Origin: an uncultured Bacteroidota bacterium
GTDB taxonomy: Bacteria > Bacteroidota > Bacteroidia > AKYH767-A > OLB10
Direction: 5' to 3'
NCBI GenBank assembly: GCA_900696575.1
Contig: CAADHD010000018.1
Coordinates: 83,725 to 147,724 of the forward strand
DNA: 64,000 nt
Shown here piece by piece: positions 38,196 to 48,800 of the stretch. Numbering within the stretch: the first letter of the stretch is position 1; the number at the start of each line of letters is the position of its first letter. The notes under the pieces were generated by a model. That model was not told the origin of the DNA, did not search any database, and saw only the letters and a list, made by a program, of their open reading frames with translations. A program made the position numbers and the translations under genes.

Positions 38196-39419
38196 ATGAA
38201 CCTGCGCTGGCTTGCTGCCGTTTTGATTATTCATGTTCTGCTGTGGTTGTTGCTGAAACCACCCGTTCCGCACAGTGATGATTTGGTTTATGTGGAAGAA
38301 GGCTTTCGGATGTCATCTCCTGATTACACCATCAGTGAAAGCCCTAAAAGCCACCGCTTTCTGGTAATTATTCCTGTAGCTGTTTTTGTAAAACTGTTTG
38401 GCTATTCACCATTCATAGTAAGCCTCTGGCCGCTGCTGTGCAGCCTGATGACCATTGCCGGTGTGTATTTGCTGTTCCGGAAAAATTTATCTGTTGCCCT
38501 TCCGGCATCTCTTATTATTTCCTGCAACATTATTCAGGTTATTTATTCAACGGTGGCTTTTCCTGATGCCGTAGTAAGCCTGTTTTCATTCATGGCAATT
38601 GCGCTGATGCACTTTCGCCATCAAATCAATTCTTGGGTTGCATTTGTGACAGTGGCAATTATTCTTGCCGGATTTTTTGCCAAGCAAATCATGTTGCTCA
38701 TCATTCCGTTTATCGTTTTCGCTTCCCGGGAGGATATCAGCCGGAAAAGAAACCGGCTTTACTGGAAAAGATTTTATGTGGCATCGCTGCTTGCTGTCAT
38801 TACTGTATTGCTTGTTTCAAAAGGATTAACCGGTCAATGGTTTTTTCTGATTCAATCGGTGGAAGTCTATCATAACGATGTATTTGTAAGCCTGACAGCA
38901 CAAGAGCTGCTATACCGGCTTACGGCAGAGCCAATGGTATTTCTTTTTTCACAGGCCGGCTACTGGCCGTTGCTGCTGATGGCATGGCCGGCATTTTTTC
39001 TGAAAGAAGGCACACTGAGTAGTTGGAAAAAATATGCAGCCATTTTGTTTGTGTTGCTTTGGTTTGGAACAACTTCTTTTAACCGCTGGGCACCGCTTCC
39101 GCTGATAGACCGTATGTGGATGATGATGATTGTGCCTTTAAGCATCATGGCTGCTTACAGCATGAATGCTTTTCTGCAAAAAAAACTCAGCCCCAAAATC
39201 AGAGTGATGTTTTACGGTATGTTTATCATTAGTGCATTCGTGGCTTTCCCGGTTTTTCAACTTTCACGTTCGCTTATGCTGCTCATGTTTGCGGTTGGCT
39301 TTTTCATTGCTGAAAAACGGGAGACGAACAAATCAGGAAAGGATATTTCCATGATTGCAGCTATGCTGCCTTCTGTAATCCTTGTAATTTGGTTTGTTTT
39401 AAAAAACAGCAACTGGTAA
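38196..39419 (+). CDS. polytopic membrane protein, possibly a GT39/ArnT-like glycosyltransferase
   Basis: 407 aa with about 11 TM helices. An acidic 'DDLVYVEEG' loop follows TM1, as in the PMT/ArnT family. There is no catalytic proof. Confidence 0.4.
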   Translation: MNLRWLAAVLIIHVLLWLLLKPPVPHSDDLVYVEEGFRMSSPDYTISESPKSHRFLVIIPVAVFVKLFGYSPFIVSLWPLLCSLMTIAGVYLLFRKNLSVALPASLIISCNIIQVIYSTVAFPDAVVSLFSFMAIALMHFRHQINSWVAFVTVAIILAGFFAKQIMLLIIPFIVFASREDISRKRNRLYWKRFYVASLLAVITVLLVSKGLTGQWFFLIQSVEVYHNDVFVSLTAQELLYRLTAEPMVFLFSQAGYWPLLLMAWPAFFLKEGTLSSWKKYAAILFVLLWFGTTSFNRWAPLPLIDRMWMMMIVPLSIMAAYSMNAFLQKKLSPKIRVMFYGMFIISAFVAFPVFQLSRSLMLLMFAVGFFIAEKRETNKSGKDISMIAAMLPSVILVIWFVLKNSNW

Positions 39420-42400
39420 TCAGCGCTGTTCGTTTTCGAGATTCTGGAAATAACTGTTTACTAAATTCCTGTAAAATAGATTGAGAGAAGGAGGAATGGT
39501 TTTCAGCAATTCGGTTTCGCGCATTTTCAGTTTAAGGTATTCTTCAAACCGTGCATTGTCGGGGCGGGGCACATCCTTGCCTTCGTTTGATTCACGTTTT
39601 TCATCCTGTTCACGCTGCCGTTCGGCTTTTTCGCTTTCGAGTAAACGGGTTAAAATATCCTGCTGCCTCATCAGTGTTTCCTGGGTGATACGCTTGTTTA
39701 CTATGTCTTTTTCGGTTTCTTCCATCTGTTGGGCTAATTTATTAAGGTTGCCCAGAGAGCCCTGTCCGTCTTTATTTTCTTCCTGATTCAAACGCTGCAG
39801 TTCCTGGCGAATGGCTTCCTGTTGTGCTGCCAGGCGCGCCAATTCTTCGCTCATCCCTTGTCCTTTTTTAGGCTGCCCCTGCTGCCCTTCCATTTTTCCT
39901 TTCATCTGCTTGAGCATTTCATTCATCTGCTGCTGCATCTGCCTTAGCTGCGCAGCTGATTTTGGTTTTCCTTTGCCCGGTTTTTTACACGAAGAATTGC
40001 TCTGCATCATGCTTTGCATCTGCTGCTGCATTTGTTCCATGGCTTCGCTTAACAGCAGCGCAAGATTATTGGCCGCCATCATCACATTCTGCTGCTGGCT
40101 GCGCGCCTGCGCCACATACCGGTCTTGCAGGCTGGCAATGGCTGCAGCTGAATTCCGGTTTATTTCGGCTACCTGTTCATTAACGACAGACTGAATCTGG
40201 ATTACTCTTTTGCTTAAAGCAAACAACGAATCTTCTATTACCTGTGCATCTTCTTTCAGTTTGCGTTGCTGTTGCCCCATTTTTACAAACTGCGGATTGT
40301 TTATATCCATGGTCCGGAGCTGCTGCATAAGGCTTTCCTGCTCGAGCGAAAAACGGATAAGGTTTTCAAGCAGCGCGCGCAATGCCTGCAGGTCTTCTTC
40401 CTGCTGTTCCATTTCATTCTGCTGTTGTTGCTGCTGCATCTTCATAGCCATTTGTTGCATTTTTTCAGCAGCATTCTTCTGCGCTTTAGAAGCTTTGCTT
40501 TTGTTGTTTTTGCCAAGCTCCTGTTCGCCCTCTTTCATCTGCTCGCTTATTTCCTGCTGCTCCTGTTCGGTATTGCTCAGTTCCTGCGGAAATTCAAGCT
40601 CCTTGTTTTTTTCCTCAAGGGTGTTCAGTTCTTTTTTCAGGTCATCAAATTGCCTGTTGAGATCCTGCTGTTTTTGTTGAAGTTCTTTGCTGTCGGTGTT
40701 CTTGTCTTTTGATTGTTCGGATAGCTTATCCTGTTCGCGGGCTAATTTTTCAAGATTGCTGATAGCTTCCTTGAGTTTTTGTTCAAGCTCCAACTGCTTG
40801 AATAACTCCAGTGTTCTGTCTAATTTTTTTTCAAGGTCTTTCGAATCCATTTTCATCTGCTCCAGCATTTCCTGCATTTTTGATTTATCAAGCTGAGAAA
40901 GTAGTTTTTCCAGCTCCTGCATCATTTTTTTCATTTCATCGCTCATCAGCTTATCCATCAGTTCTTGCAGTTGTTGCTGCTTTTGAGCCATTTCCTGAAG
41001 GGGATTTTTGTATTCGTTTTCACGAGTCTGTTTTTGCTGGTTTTCCTGTTGGAGACTTTTCACTTTATTTTCCAATTCTTTCTGGCGGTTAAGCAGGTCT
41101 TCAATTTTTTTACGGTCATCAAAATTCAAATCTTTTTTATTCAGCAGTTTTTTGGAGGCTTCGCTAATCTCACGCTGAATTTTTTTAGCCTGCTCAATGC
41201 TTTCTTTCAAATCGTCTTTGATTTTGGAATTTGATTTTTCTGACATCTCTGCCAGTTCTTCGGCTGTTGGCGCTTTAAATACCTGCACCTGCGAACGCGA
41301 AGCTTTAGGGCCGTTCAGGCCGTCATTATCCCACACTTCGAAATAGTATTCAAGTTCTTCGCCTGCTTTGATATTTAGCTGCGATAAGTCTTTAAAATGA
41401 AAAAACTGATCTTGCACAGCATTTCTGTTGAATGGAATGTTTTCATGCATGGGCTTCACGTCTTCCCGCTGTTCGGCTTTCAGGAAGCGATAGGCAAACC
41501 GGAGGTTTGAAAAACCGTAATCGTCTTTAATCATTCCGCGGAAATAAATCCGCAGGCCGGTTACCGAATCGGCTTCCTGTTCTACAGTGATGGATGGATA
41601 CAAATCAGGAATTACCTGTATGCTGTATCGCATGGAATCTTTTCCGGTCATAAAGCGATTGTTAACAGCAATAGAATAGGGCTGCGGATGCATTACCGTG
41701 CGTTGAATAGCGAATTGATTTTCGCCTCTGCGTTGTGCGGTCAGTAGAGTATCGCTGAATACCGCTTTAATTTCTTCGGCATTGGAAGCATGGAAATTCC
41801 ATTGAATTTTAGTGCCGGCAGGAACTATAAGGTCTCCGGTATTTTTAAGCGTTTCGTTTTCCTTTTTCAGATAGGCCGGATAAGTGAGAATGGTTTCAAA
41901 AGATATGATGACGGGATTCGGAACAACGTCTATCTGATAAGGTTGCGATTCATAGCCATCAGCCAGCAAGCGGAAAGTAACGGGTTTCTGCAGGTTTTTA
42001 AACCGAAACGAAAACTGATTTTTCCCTTCTTTATCGGCAGGCATTCGGGCAGCACCCTCTTGTACATACACTTGCGAAGGGAATATGCTGCCTTGGGTTG
42101 TTACCTGCAAAACAAAATCTTCCTGCTGTAATCCTTTCAGCTCATCATTAAGAATTACGAAAGTAAATGGAGCGGGTTTTTCAAAGTAAGTGCTGTGCTG
42201 AACCAGTCGTTTGGTGCTGTCTTTAACTAAGTTGGGCGAAGCAAGAAACAAAGCGACAAGCACCACAACAGGGATAGCAGCATAACGCAGATAAGGCAGG
42301 TTTTTTTTCAGATCAATGGCAGAAGTGAACGGAACCGGTTTGAGCGATTCAATTTTCTGGTTGATACCGGCCTCAATTAATTCAATATTCTGTGGCGAAG

Positions 42401-42761
42401 CATCGGCAAGATCTTTCAACTGAAGAGTGTTGAGCAGTTTGTCTTTTACTCCGTCAAAATGATCTCCAATAATTATAGCAGCCTGCTCATGCGAAATCAC
42501 TTTGCCAATTCGGTAAAGTTTCAGCATGGGAATAACAATGAACCATACGATAATGCCGGTATTAACCAGGAGGAACGAATAGAAGAGGAAGGTTCGAATT
42601 CCGGTTCCGAAATGGCCGAAATGTTCGAGCAGTGTAATGAGGATATAAAATGCGGGGATAGTGCCGAGCACATAAATACCTCCACGCAGTAATCGGTTTT
42701 TATAATACTTGCGGATGAATTTATCCAGTCTATTTATAAGCAAATGATATGCTGTAGCCAT
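39420..42761 (-). CDS. large membrane-anchored coiled-coil protein (DUF4175-like)
   Basis: N-terminal TM helices are followed by a folded region of about 350 aa, then a roughly 600-aa stretch rich in Q/E/K/M coiled-coil low complexity, then a conserved C-terminus. The start was chosen at 'MATAYHLLINRLDKF'; the ORF track extends to 42818. Many short antisense ORFs inside are low-complexity artefacts. Confidence 0.6.
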   Translation of the reverse strand: MATAYHLLINRLDKFIRKYYKNRLLRGGIYVLGTIPAFYILITLLEHFGHFGTGIRTFLFYSFLLVNTGIIVWFIVIPMLKLYRIGKVISHEQAAIIIGDHFDGVKDKLLNTLQLKDLADASPQNIELIEAGINQKIESLKPVPFTSAIDLKKNLPYLRYAAIPVVVLVALFLASPNLVKDSTKRLVQHSTYFEKPAPFTFVILNDELKGLQQEDFVLQVTTQGSIFPSQVYVQEGAARMPADKEGKNQFSFRFKNLQKPVTFRLLADGYESQPYQIDVVPNPVIISFETILTYPAYLKKENETLKNTGDLIVPAGTKIQWNFHASNAEEIKAVFSDTLLTAQRRGENQFAIQRTVMHPQPYSIAVNNRFMTGKDSMRYSIQVIPDLYPSITVEQEADSVTGLRIYFRGMIKDDYGFSNLRFAYRFLKAEQREDVKPMHENIPFNRNAVQDQFFHFKDLSQLNIKAGEELEYYFEVWDNDGLNGPKASRSQVQVFKAPTAEELAEMSEKSNSKIKDDLKESIEQAKKIQREISEASKKLLNKKDLNFDDRKKIEDLLNRQKELENKVKSLQQENQQKQTRENEYKNPLQEMAQKQQQLQELMDKLMSDEMKKMMQELEKLLSQLDKSKMQEMLEQMKMDSKDLEKKLDRTLELFKQLELEQKLKEAISNLEKLAREQDKLSEQSKDKNTDSKELQQKQQDLNRQFDDLKKELNTLEEKNKELEFPQELSNTEQEQQEISEQMKEGEQELGKNNKSKASKAQKNAAEKMQQMAMKMQQQQQQNEMEQQEEDLQALRALLENLIRFSLEQESLMQQLRTMDINNPQFVKMGQQQRKLKEDAQVIEDSLFALSKRVIQIQSVVNEQVAEINRNSAAAIASLQDRYVAQARSQQQNVMMAANNLALLLSEAMEQMQQQMQSMMQSNSSCKKPGKGKPKSAAQLRQMQQQMNEMLKQMKGKMEGQQGQPKKGQGMSEELARLAAQQEAIRQELQRLNQEENKDGQGSLGNLNKLAQQMEETEKDIVNKRITQETLMRQQDILTRLLESEKAERQREQDEKRESNEGKDVPRPDNARFEEYLKLKMRETELLKTIPPSLNLFYRNLVNSYFQNLENEQR

Positions 42762-42869
42762 GTTTTGCAGTTGAGCAAATATAAGTTTAAACGGATGAAA
42801 ACCACAGAAGATTGCCAACAGAGTGTTAAAGCATTCAATTAAAAAATTTTTCTTTCCATCTTTACCGCC

Positions 42870-43499
42870 ATGAGGATGGTATTGGTTACCGGAGCAAATG
42901 GAAATCTTGGGAATGCTTTGGTAAAACAGTTTTCAGAAAGGGAGTGGAAAGTAATCGCTATGGTTTCGCCAAAGGCGAACAACGAAATGTTTGCCGGCTT
43001 GAATAATGTTGAACTATGCCGAGCGGATGCCGTTTCTGAAACGGAGGTTCGGTCAGCTATTGAAAAGTATGCACAGGTTGATGCCGCTGTTTTAACGATT
43101 GGAGGATATGCAGGCGGAAAAATTTCAGAAACAACAACGGAGCAAATTCAGGAAATGATGCGTTTGAATTTTTTCACGGCCTGGAACTTTGCAAAACCTT
43201 TGTTCGAGAATATGATGGCAAAGCAAAAAGGAAACATTGTGCTAATCGGGTCGCAGGCAGGCACCCTTCTTACAGAGGGAACGTATGCCGTGGCTTACAG
43301 TATAGCCAAAACAGCATTAGCCAAATTAGCTGCCTTGCTGAATGAGGCCGGGAAAAAGAAAAATGTGTTTTGCAGTTTGGTTTCACCAGCCACTTTAGAT
43401 ACCCCTCAAAACAGAAAAGCGATGCCCGGTGCCGATTTCAGTCAATGGCAAAAACCGTATGCGGTAGCCGAAGAAATTGTTAAAATGATTAACCGCTAA
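42870..43499 (+). CDS. SDR-family NAD(P)-dependent oxidoreductase
   Basis: 'VLVTGANGNLGNAL' Rossmann motif and a Y-x3-K-type 'YSIAK'. Length is 209 aa. Confidence 0.8.
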   Translation: MRMVLVTGANGNLGNALVKQFSEREWKVIAMVSPKANNEMFAGLNNVELCRADAVSETEVRSAIEKYAQVDAAVLTIGGYAGGKISETTTEQIQEMMRLNFFTAWNFAKPLFENMMAKQKGNIVLIGSQAGTLLTEGTYAVAYSIAKTALAKLAALLNEAGKKKNVFCSLVSPATLDTPQNRKAMPGADFSQWQKPYAVAEEIVKMINR

Positions 43500-43831
43500 G
43501 GCAGCGATTCTTTTATCTCAGCCAGAAAGGTTCTGAGTTTTCTTAGTGTATCCAAAACATCTGTCTGGTCTTCCATTTCATTCTTTTTGAATTTCATCAT
43601 CTTCTTTGCGCCATCAAGTGTGTATCCTTTTTCTTTAACGAGATGGTAGATGTGTTTGAAGTTTTTAATGTCTTCTTTGGTAAAGAAGCGGATACCTTTC
43701 TTGTTTCTTACCGGCTTTATGATGTCGAATTCCTTATCCCAGTAACGGATGTGCGATTCATTTACACCAAGCATTTCTGCCACTTCGGTAACACTCCAGA
43801 AAATTTTTTCATTTGCAGAAGTTTGTGACAT
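43496..43831 (-). CDS. MerR-family transcriptional regulator
   Basis: 'FWSVTEVAEMLGVNESHIRYWDKEFDII' MerR HTH and a short coiled-coil C-terminus. It overlaps the SDR gene by 4 nt in a convergent arrangement. Confidence 0.85.
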   Translation of the reverse strand: MSQTSANEKIFWSVTEVAEMLGVNESHIRYWDKEFDIIKPVRNKKGIRFFTKEDIKNFKHIYHLVKEKGYTLDGAKKMMKFKKNEMEDQTDVLDTLRKLRTFLAEIKESLP

Positions 43832-43936
43832 AGGTTAAGAGAATTTGAGGTTATGTAGAAATTGACGCGCTAAAAGTAAAAACAAGACGGTTACCGTCAA
43901 GTCTTCTGAATAAAAAAAATCATGTAGGTTTGGCTG

Positions 43937-45025
43937 ATGGTTCGGACTGCCATTTTGCTGCTGCTGGTGAATGTTTTTGGTCATGCCTTAGCTCAGGACT
44001 CCCAAATGAAACCGGCTTATCACGTCAATGCTTCCATGCATTACGGGTTTATTATTGCTCATCGTGCTTCCATGTATGCTTTGCAGCGCGACCATGTGCG
44101 AATGGCAGAAGTTTCTTTACTGAAGCAATCCGATGGCAGTTCGGTCTGGCATTCTAATTATAATTATCCGCTCATCGGTCTGAAATATCATTATTTTGAT
44201 CTGGGGAACAAAGCAGAAACCGGATATGCGCATTCACTGATGCCTTTTATTGAGTTTAGCCCTTCAAAAAACGAATCTGTAAGTTTTAAATACGGATTCG
44301 GAATCGGAGCTGCTTATTTTACCACAACATTTAATGTGGTTGACAACTACCGCAACCTTGCCATGGGATCTCATTTCAGTTTTGCCGTCTGTATGATTAC
44401 AGCGCTCGAATGGAAAATTTCAAAGATGACTTCTGTTTGTACCGGAATCACTTTTAACCATTTTTCTAACGGAGCAATTAAAACTCCCAACCTTGGCTAC
44501 AATATTCCTTCTGCCAGAATAGGAGTTACGCAAAAGTTAGGGCAGGCAGAAGTGTATAAGAAAGCAGAGCAAACCTCGTTTGGAAAAAAGTGGAGAATGA
44601 GCCTTTGTGTTGGTGCCGGCATAAAACAGCGTTATCCGGTTAACGGGCCGAACTATGGCGTAGTATCCTTTTCATTTGCCGGCATGAAGCAGATTTCAAA
44701 AAAAAGTGCCATCGGGGCAGGAGCAGATGTGCATTATGATGAATCGCTTCATACTATCCTTCAAAACGAGGATGGCCAAAAGGCTCCCGTACAAGATGCC
44801 TTCCGCGCGGGGTTATGCGCTTCTTATGAGCTGTTATTTTCAGACTTCAGTTTGCTGTTTCAGGGAGGCAGATATCTTTATTCAAAGCACAGCAGCGAAG
44901 GTAATTTTTACCAAAGGTTAGGGATGAGGTATACTTTTTATAAAAACTGGTTTGCCTGTATTAACCTGCGGTCTCATTTCGGCAAAGCTGATTTTTTTGA
45001 AGCCGGAGCAGGAATAAAATTTTAG
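43937..45025 (+). CDS. PagL-like acyloxyacyl hydrolase / lipid A deacylase-type outer-membrane protein
   Basis: Signal peptide and a beta-barrel pattern. 'ITFNHFSNGAIK' matches the PagL His-x-Ser-Asn-Gly catalytic motif. Confidence 0.6.
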   Translation: MVRTAILLLLVNVFGHALAQDSQMKPAYHVNASMHYGFIIAHRASMYALQRDHVRMAEVSLLKQSDGSSVWHSNYNYPLIGLKYHYFDLGNKAETGYAHSLMPFIEFSPSKNESVSFKYGFGIGAAYFTTTFNVVDNYRNLAMGSHFSFAVCMITALEWKISKMTSVCTGITFNHFSNGAIKTPNLGYNIPSARIGVTQKLGQAEVYKKAEQTSFGKKWRMSLCVGAGIKQRYPVNGPNYGVVSFSFAGMKQISKKSAIGAGADVHYDESLHTILQNEDGQKAPVQDAFRAGLCASYELLFSDFSLLFQGGRYLYSKHSSEGNFYQRLGMRYTFYKNWFACINLRSHFGKADFFEAGAGIKF

Positions 45026-45028
45026 CCG

Positions 45029-45760
45029 ATGAAAAACTGGTTAGCAATAATTTCGGTCTCACTGATTTTCTGTTCCTGCAAAAAAGATCACCTGTTCGAC
45101 TGCCTTAAGGGAACCGGAGAGCAGATTACGGTATCACGAACATTAGGGCATTTTCATTCTATTGAAATGCACGATAAAGTTGATGTTGTTTACCGCCAGG
45201 GAAATTCAGGAGCGGAAATTACCGGAGGCGCTAATCTTTTAGAGGGGATTGAAACCAGCATTGAAAACGGGTGGTTAATTATCAGGAATAACAACAAGTG
45301 CAACTGGGTGCGCGACTTCAACAAACGAATTACTGTTGTTGTGTACACCGATACACTTATCCGCCTTGACAATTACGGCTCAGGAAACTTTACAGCACTT
45401 GATACCATTTCAGTTACCGACTTCAGGTATGATAACTGGAATGCCACCGGTACAATTCAGTTTTATTTTAACACCATGCGGTTTTATATGAACATTCATA
45501 CAGGCACTGCTGATCTTACCGCTCAGGGAGTTTCGGAAGTGCAGATTCTTTACAACAACGGCTATGGGCGTGTTGACTTGCTTGAACTGAAAGGGAATCT
45601 TATATTCATGAACAACTCAGGCACCAATGACATGTATGTTTCGGTGAGAAATGAATTGTATGCAACCATTGAAGAAACCGGCAACATTTATTATTCCGGC
45701 AATCCTGCCGTAGTGGTACCGGAAATAAAAGGTGTGGGTAAACTTATCAAACTTCCTTAG
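45029..45760 (+). CDS. head GIN domain (DUF2807) lipoprotein
   Basis: Lipobox 'IFCSC', then a repetitive beta-helix-like pattern ('VDVVYRQGNSG', 'ITVVVYTDT', 'DMYVSVRNELYAT') typical of DUF2807. Confidence 0.55.
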   Translation: MKNWLAIISVSLIFCSCKKDHLFDCLKGTGEQITVSRTLGHFHSIEMHDKVDVVYRQGNSGAEITGGANLLEGIETSIENGWLIIRNNNKCNWVRDFNKRITVVVYTDTLIRLDNYGSGNFTALDTISVTDFRYDNWNATGTIQFYFNTMRFYMNIHTGTADLTAQGVSEVQILYNNGYGRVDLLELKGNLIFMNNSGTNDMYVSVRNELYATIEETGNIYYSGNPAVVVPEIKGVGKLIKLP

Positions 45761-45877
45761 GGTGCTGTGGAAAACTTTTTTACCTGTTTAGCCTGTTTTT
45801 AATTTAATTCGGATGATTTTTGGAAACCTTGAAATTTCTGAACCGTTAAATTTCCAAAAACAAATTTATAAAAGGCA

Positions 45878-48800
45878 ATGAATAGAAAACCACTTCTTAT
45901 TTTAGTTTTTGCATTATTTTCTTTTCAGCTTCACCAAAGTTCTTATTGTCAAACATGGGATACTGTAGCGGCAGGGCTTAATGGCAATGTGTGGGGCATG
46001 ATTTCAAATCCCAACGATAATCTGCTTTATGTGGCAGGAGCCTTTTCGGCCTCAGGAGCAACACCGCTAAGCTTTGTAGCTCACTGGAATGGTACCACTT
46101 TTTCACCTGCAGGATCAGGTTTTAATGCTCAGGCATATGCATTTGCTTTATTCAACAACGAAGTTTACTGTGCAGGCTCATTCACTTCTTCCGGTGCCAA
46201 CACTTGTTTAAGAATTGCTAAATGGGATGGCAGCCAATGGGTAAATGTTGGTGCAGGAATGGACAATCAGGTTTTTTATCTGACCACCTACAACGGAGAA
46301 TTGATTGCCGGTGGGATTTTCAGTTTCGCAGGTGCAACACCTGTTTCAAGAATTGCCAAATGGAATGGCACTGCGTGGAGCGGCCTTGGAACAGGAATTG
46401 GCGGTTCAGGATTTCCTCAGGTTTATACTATGCAGGAATACAACGGTTTGCTTTATGCAGGGGGACAGTTTGATAATGCCGGTGGAGTAAGTGTAAATAA
46501 CATTGCTGTTTGGGATGGAAATTCGTGGAATGATGTAGGCGGAGGGCTTACCGGTGCAGGAGCTTATGTAAACGATATGTATGTTTATAATGGAGAACTT
46601 TATGTAACAGGAAGTTTTACAGATGCAGGCGGAGTACCGGTTGTTTCCATTGCTAAATGGAATGGAATAACATGGTCGGCAGTAGGAACCGGTCTTGCCG
46701 GAGGAAGCACCTATGGCAATGTGCTGATGGAATATAAAAACGAGTTGTATCTGGGAGGAAATTTTGCAGCAATAGACGGAACTGCAGCAGACCGTATTGC
46801 CCGGTTTGACGGTAATGTATGGCAACCGCTTACCACCGGCTGCGATCAGGAGGTAACCGCTATGGATGTTTACAATGGCGATTTGTATGTGGGAGGAATT
46901 TTTATTCAGGCCGGTGGATTAAGCACCAGTAAAATTGCCAAATGGAATATTCCATGCATTACCACCATAAGCCTGAGTTCAACGGACGAATCCTGTCCGG
47001 GAGCATGCGATGGAACCGCGCTGGTTGTTGCTACAGGATCTTCTCCTTTCAGTTACTTATGGTCAACCGGAGATGTAACGGATGTTATTCAGAATCTGTG
47101 TGCAGGAGTTTATACAGTTACCGTTACTGATTCTATAGGCTGTGTAATCGTTGATTCCATTACCGTCAGCATGCCGCCCTCAATAAATTTATCTTTGCAT
47201 GCTGACCAAACAACCTGTTCCGGTGCTTGTAATGGAATAGCCGAAGCAATTGTTTCGGGCAGCGGCCCGTTCAGTTTTGCCTGGAATACCAATCCTGTAC
47301 AAAATGATTCTGTTGCAACCGGTCTTTGTGCCGGAGTGTATGAAGTGGTGGTAACAGATGCTAACGGTTGTACGGCAGTTGACAGCATTGAAGTTGAAGA
47401 TCCTTCCTACAGTTTATCCTTTATTACAACTGACCCTTCCTGCCCCGGGGCTTGCGATGGAGAGATAACCGTAAACAGCACTTCTCCTCATGCGCCATTT
47501 ACTTATGTCTGGGATACAAATCCGTTACAGTTTACTCAAACCGTATCGGGATTATGTTCAGGGCAATATGTCGTCCTTGTAACTGACAGTAACTTATGCA
47601 CCGTTTTAGATACAGTTACTTTAAATCAATCTCAGTATTCCATTAACCTAAATTCTGTTTCTGCTACCTGCGAGCAGGTATGTGATGGCGAAGCAACGGT
47701 AACAACTAATTCTCCGTTTACTCCATTTACATACTCATGGAATACCAACCCCGTACAAACCACCGCTACAGCAACAGGCCTTTGTGCAGGGGTTTATGAA
47801 GCAACACTTATTGATGATAACGGCTGTGTTTATACAGATTCTGTTGAAGTTGAGGAGCCGGATTATTCTCTTTCCTTTCTGACTATCAGCCCAAGTTGTA
47901 TTCAGTTTTGTAATGGTCAGGCTTCGGTAAACTCTTCTTCGCCTTATGCCCCGTATTCTTATTACTGGAATACCTCTCCTCAGCAAACAACCAATCCGGC
48001 TACAGGATTGTGTGCCGGTTTTGTAACCGTAACGGTTACCGATGATAACGGATGTGCCGTTACCGATTCCATAGAAATTATTGACCCTCCTCCATTTGCT
48101 TTAAACTTAACTGCAACAGATGAAACTTGTCCCGGAGCATGCAATGGTTCTGCAGCCGTGAATCCTGCATCTCTCTTTCCCCCATTCCAGTATTTCTGGA
48201 ACACCAATCCGGTTCAGAATACCGACAGTATAGTTAATGTATGTCCCGGAATTTATACTGTTACCGTTATTGATGATGAGGGATGTGCTTCGGTTGACAG
48301 CGTGGAGATTTTTCCCTCGTCTTTGGAATTATCCTATCAGATTATTCAGGCAACCTGTGCCGGAGGCTGTGACGGAGAAATTACCGTTTTTCATAACGGC
48401 CCGGGACCATACTCATACAATTGGTTTATTGGAGATACTACTGCAACCATTTCCGGACTATGCCCTGCTGTTTATCCGGTAACCGTAACCGATGCCAATG
48501 GATGCTCAATTTCAGGATTGCCCGAAATAGAGACCCCGCAACCGCCTTCATTAACTTTAACGGGAACTCAAATGCAATGTGCTGCTAATTGTGACGGAGA
48601 AATTACGGTAGCCGCTTCGGGTAATGCTCCCTTCAGTTTCCTCTGGAGCAATGGTTCAGGTAATGCAACCATAACCAATTTATGTCCGGGGTGGTATGTG
48701 GTTACCGTTAGTGATGCTGGCGGATGTGAAAGCATTGACTCTTTGCTGATTTGGCCGGTTATGCCGGTGGACATTTCCCTGCAATCGTCTGTTAATGCAT

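Noticed and set aside
39481-42692. More than ten 60-150-aa ORFs on the + strand inside the DUF4175-like gene, many Cys/Ser/Leu-rich
   Set aside because: They are antisense read-throughs of CAG/CTG/GAA/TTC low-complexity DNA that encodes the Q/E/K coiled coil, and their compositions are implausible.
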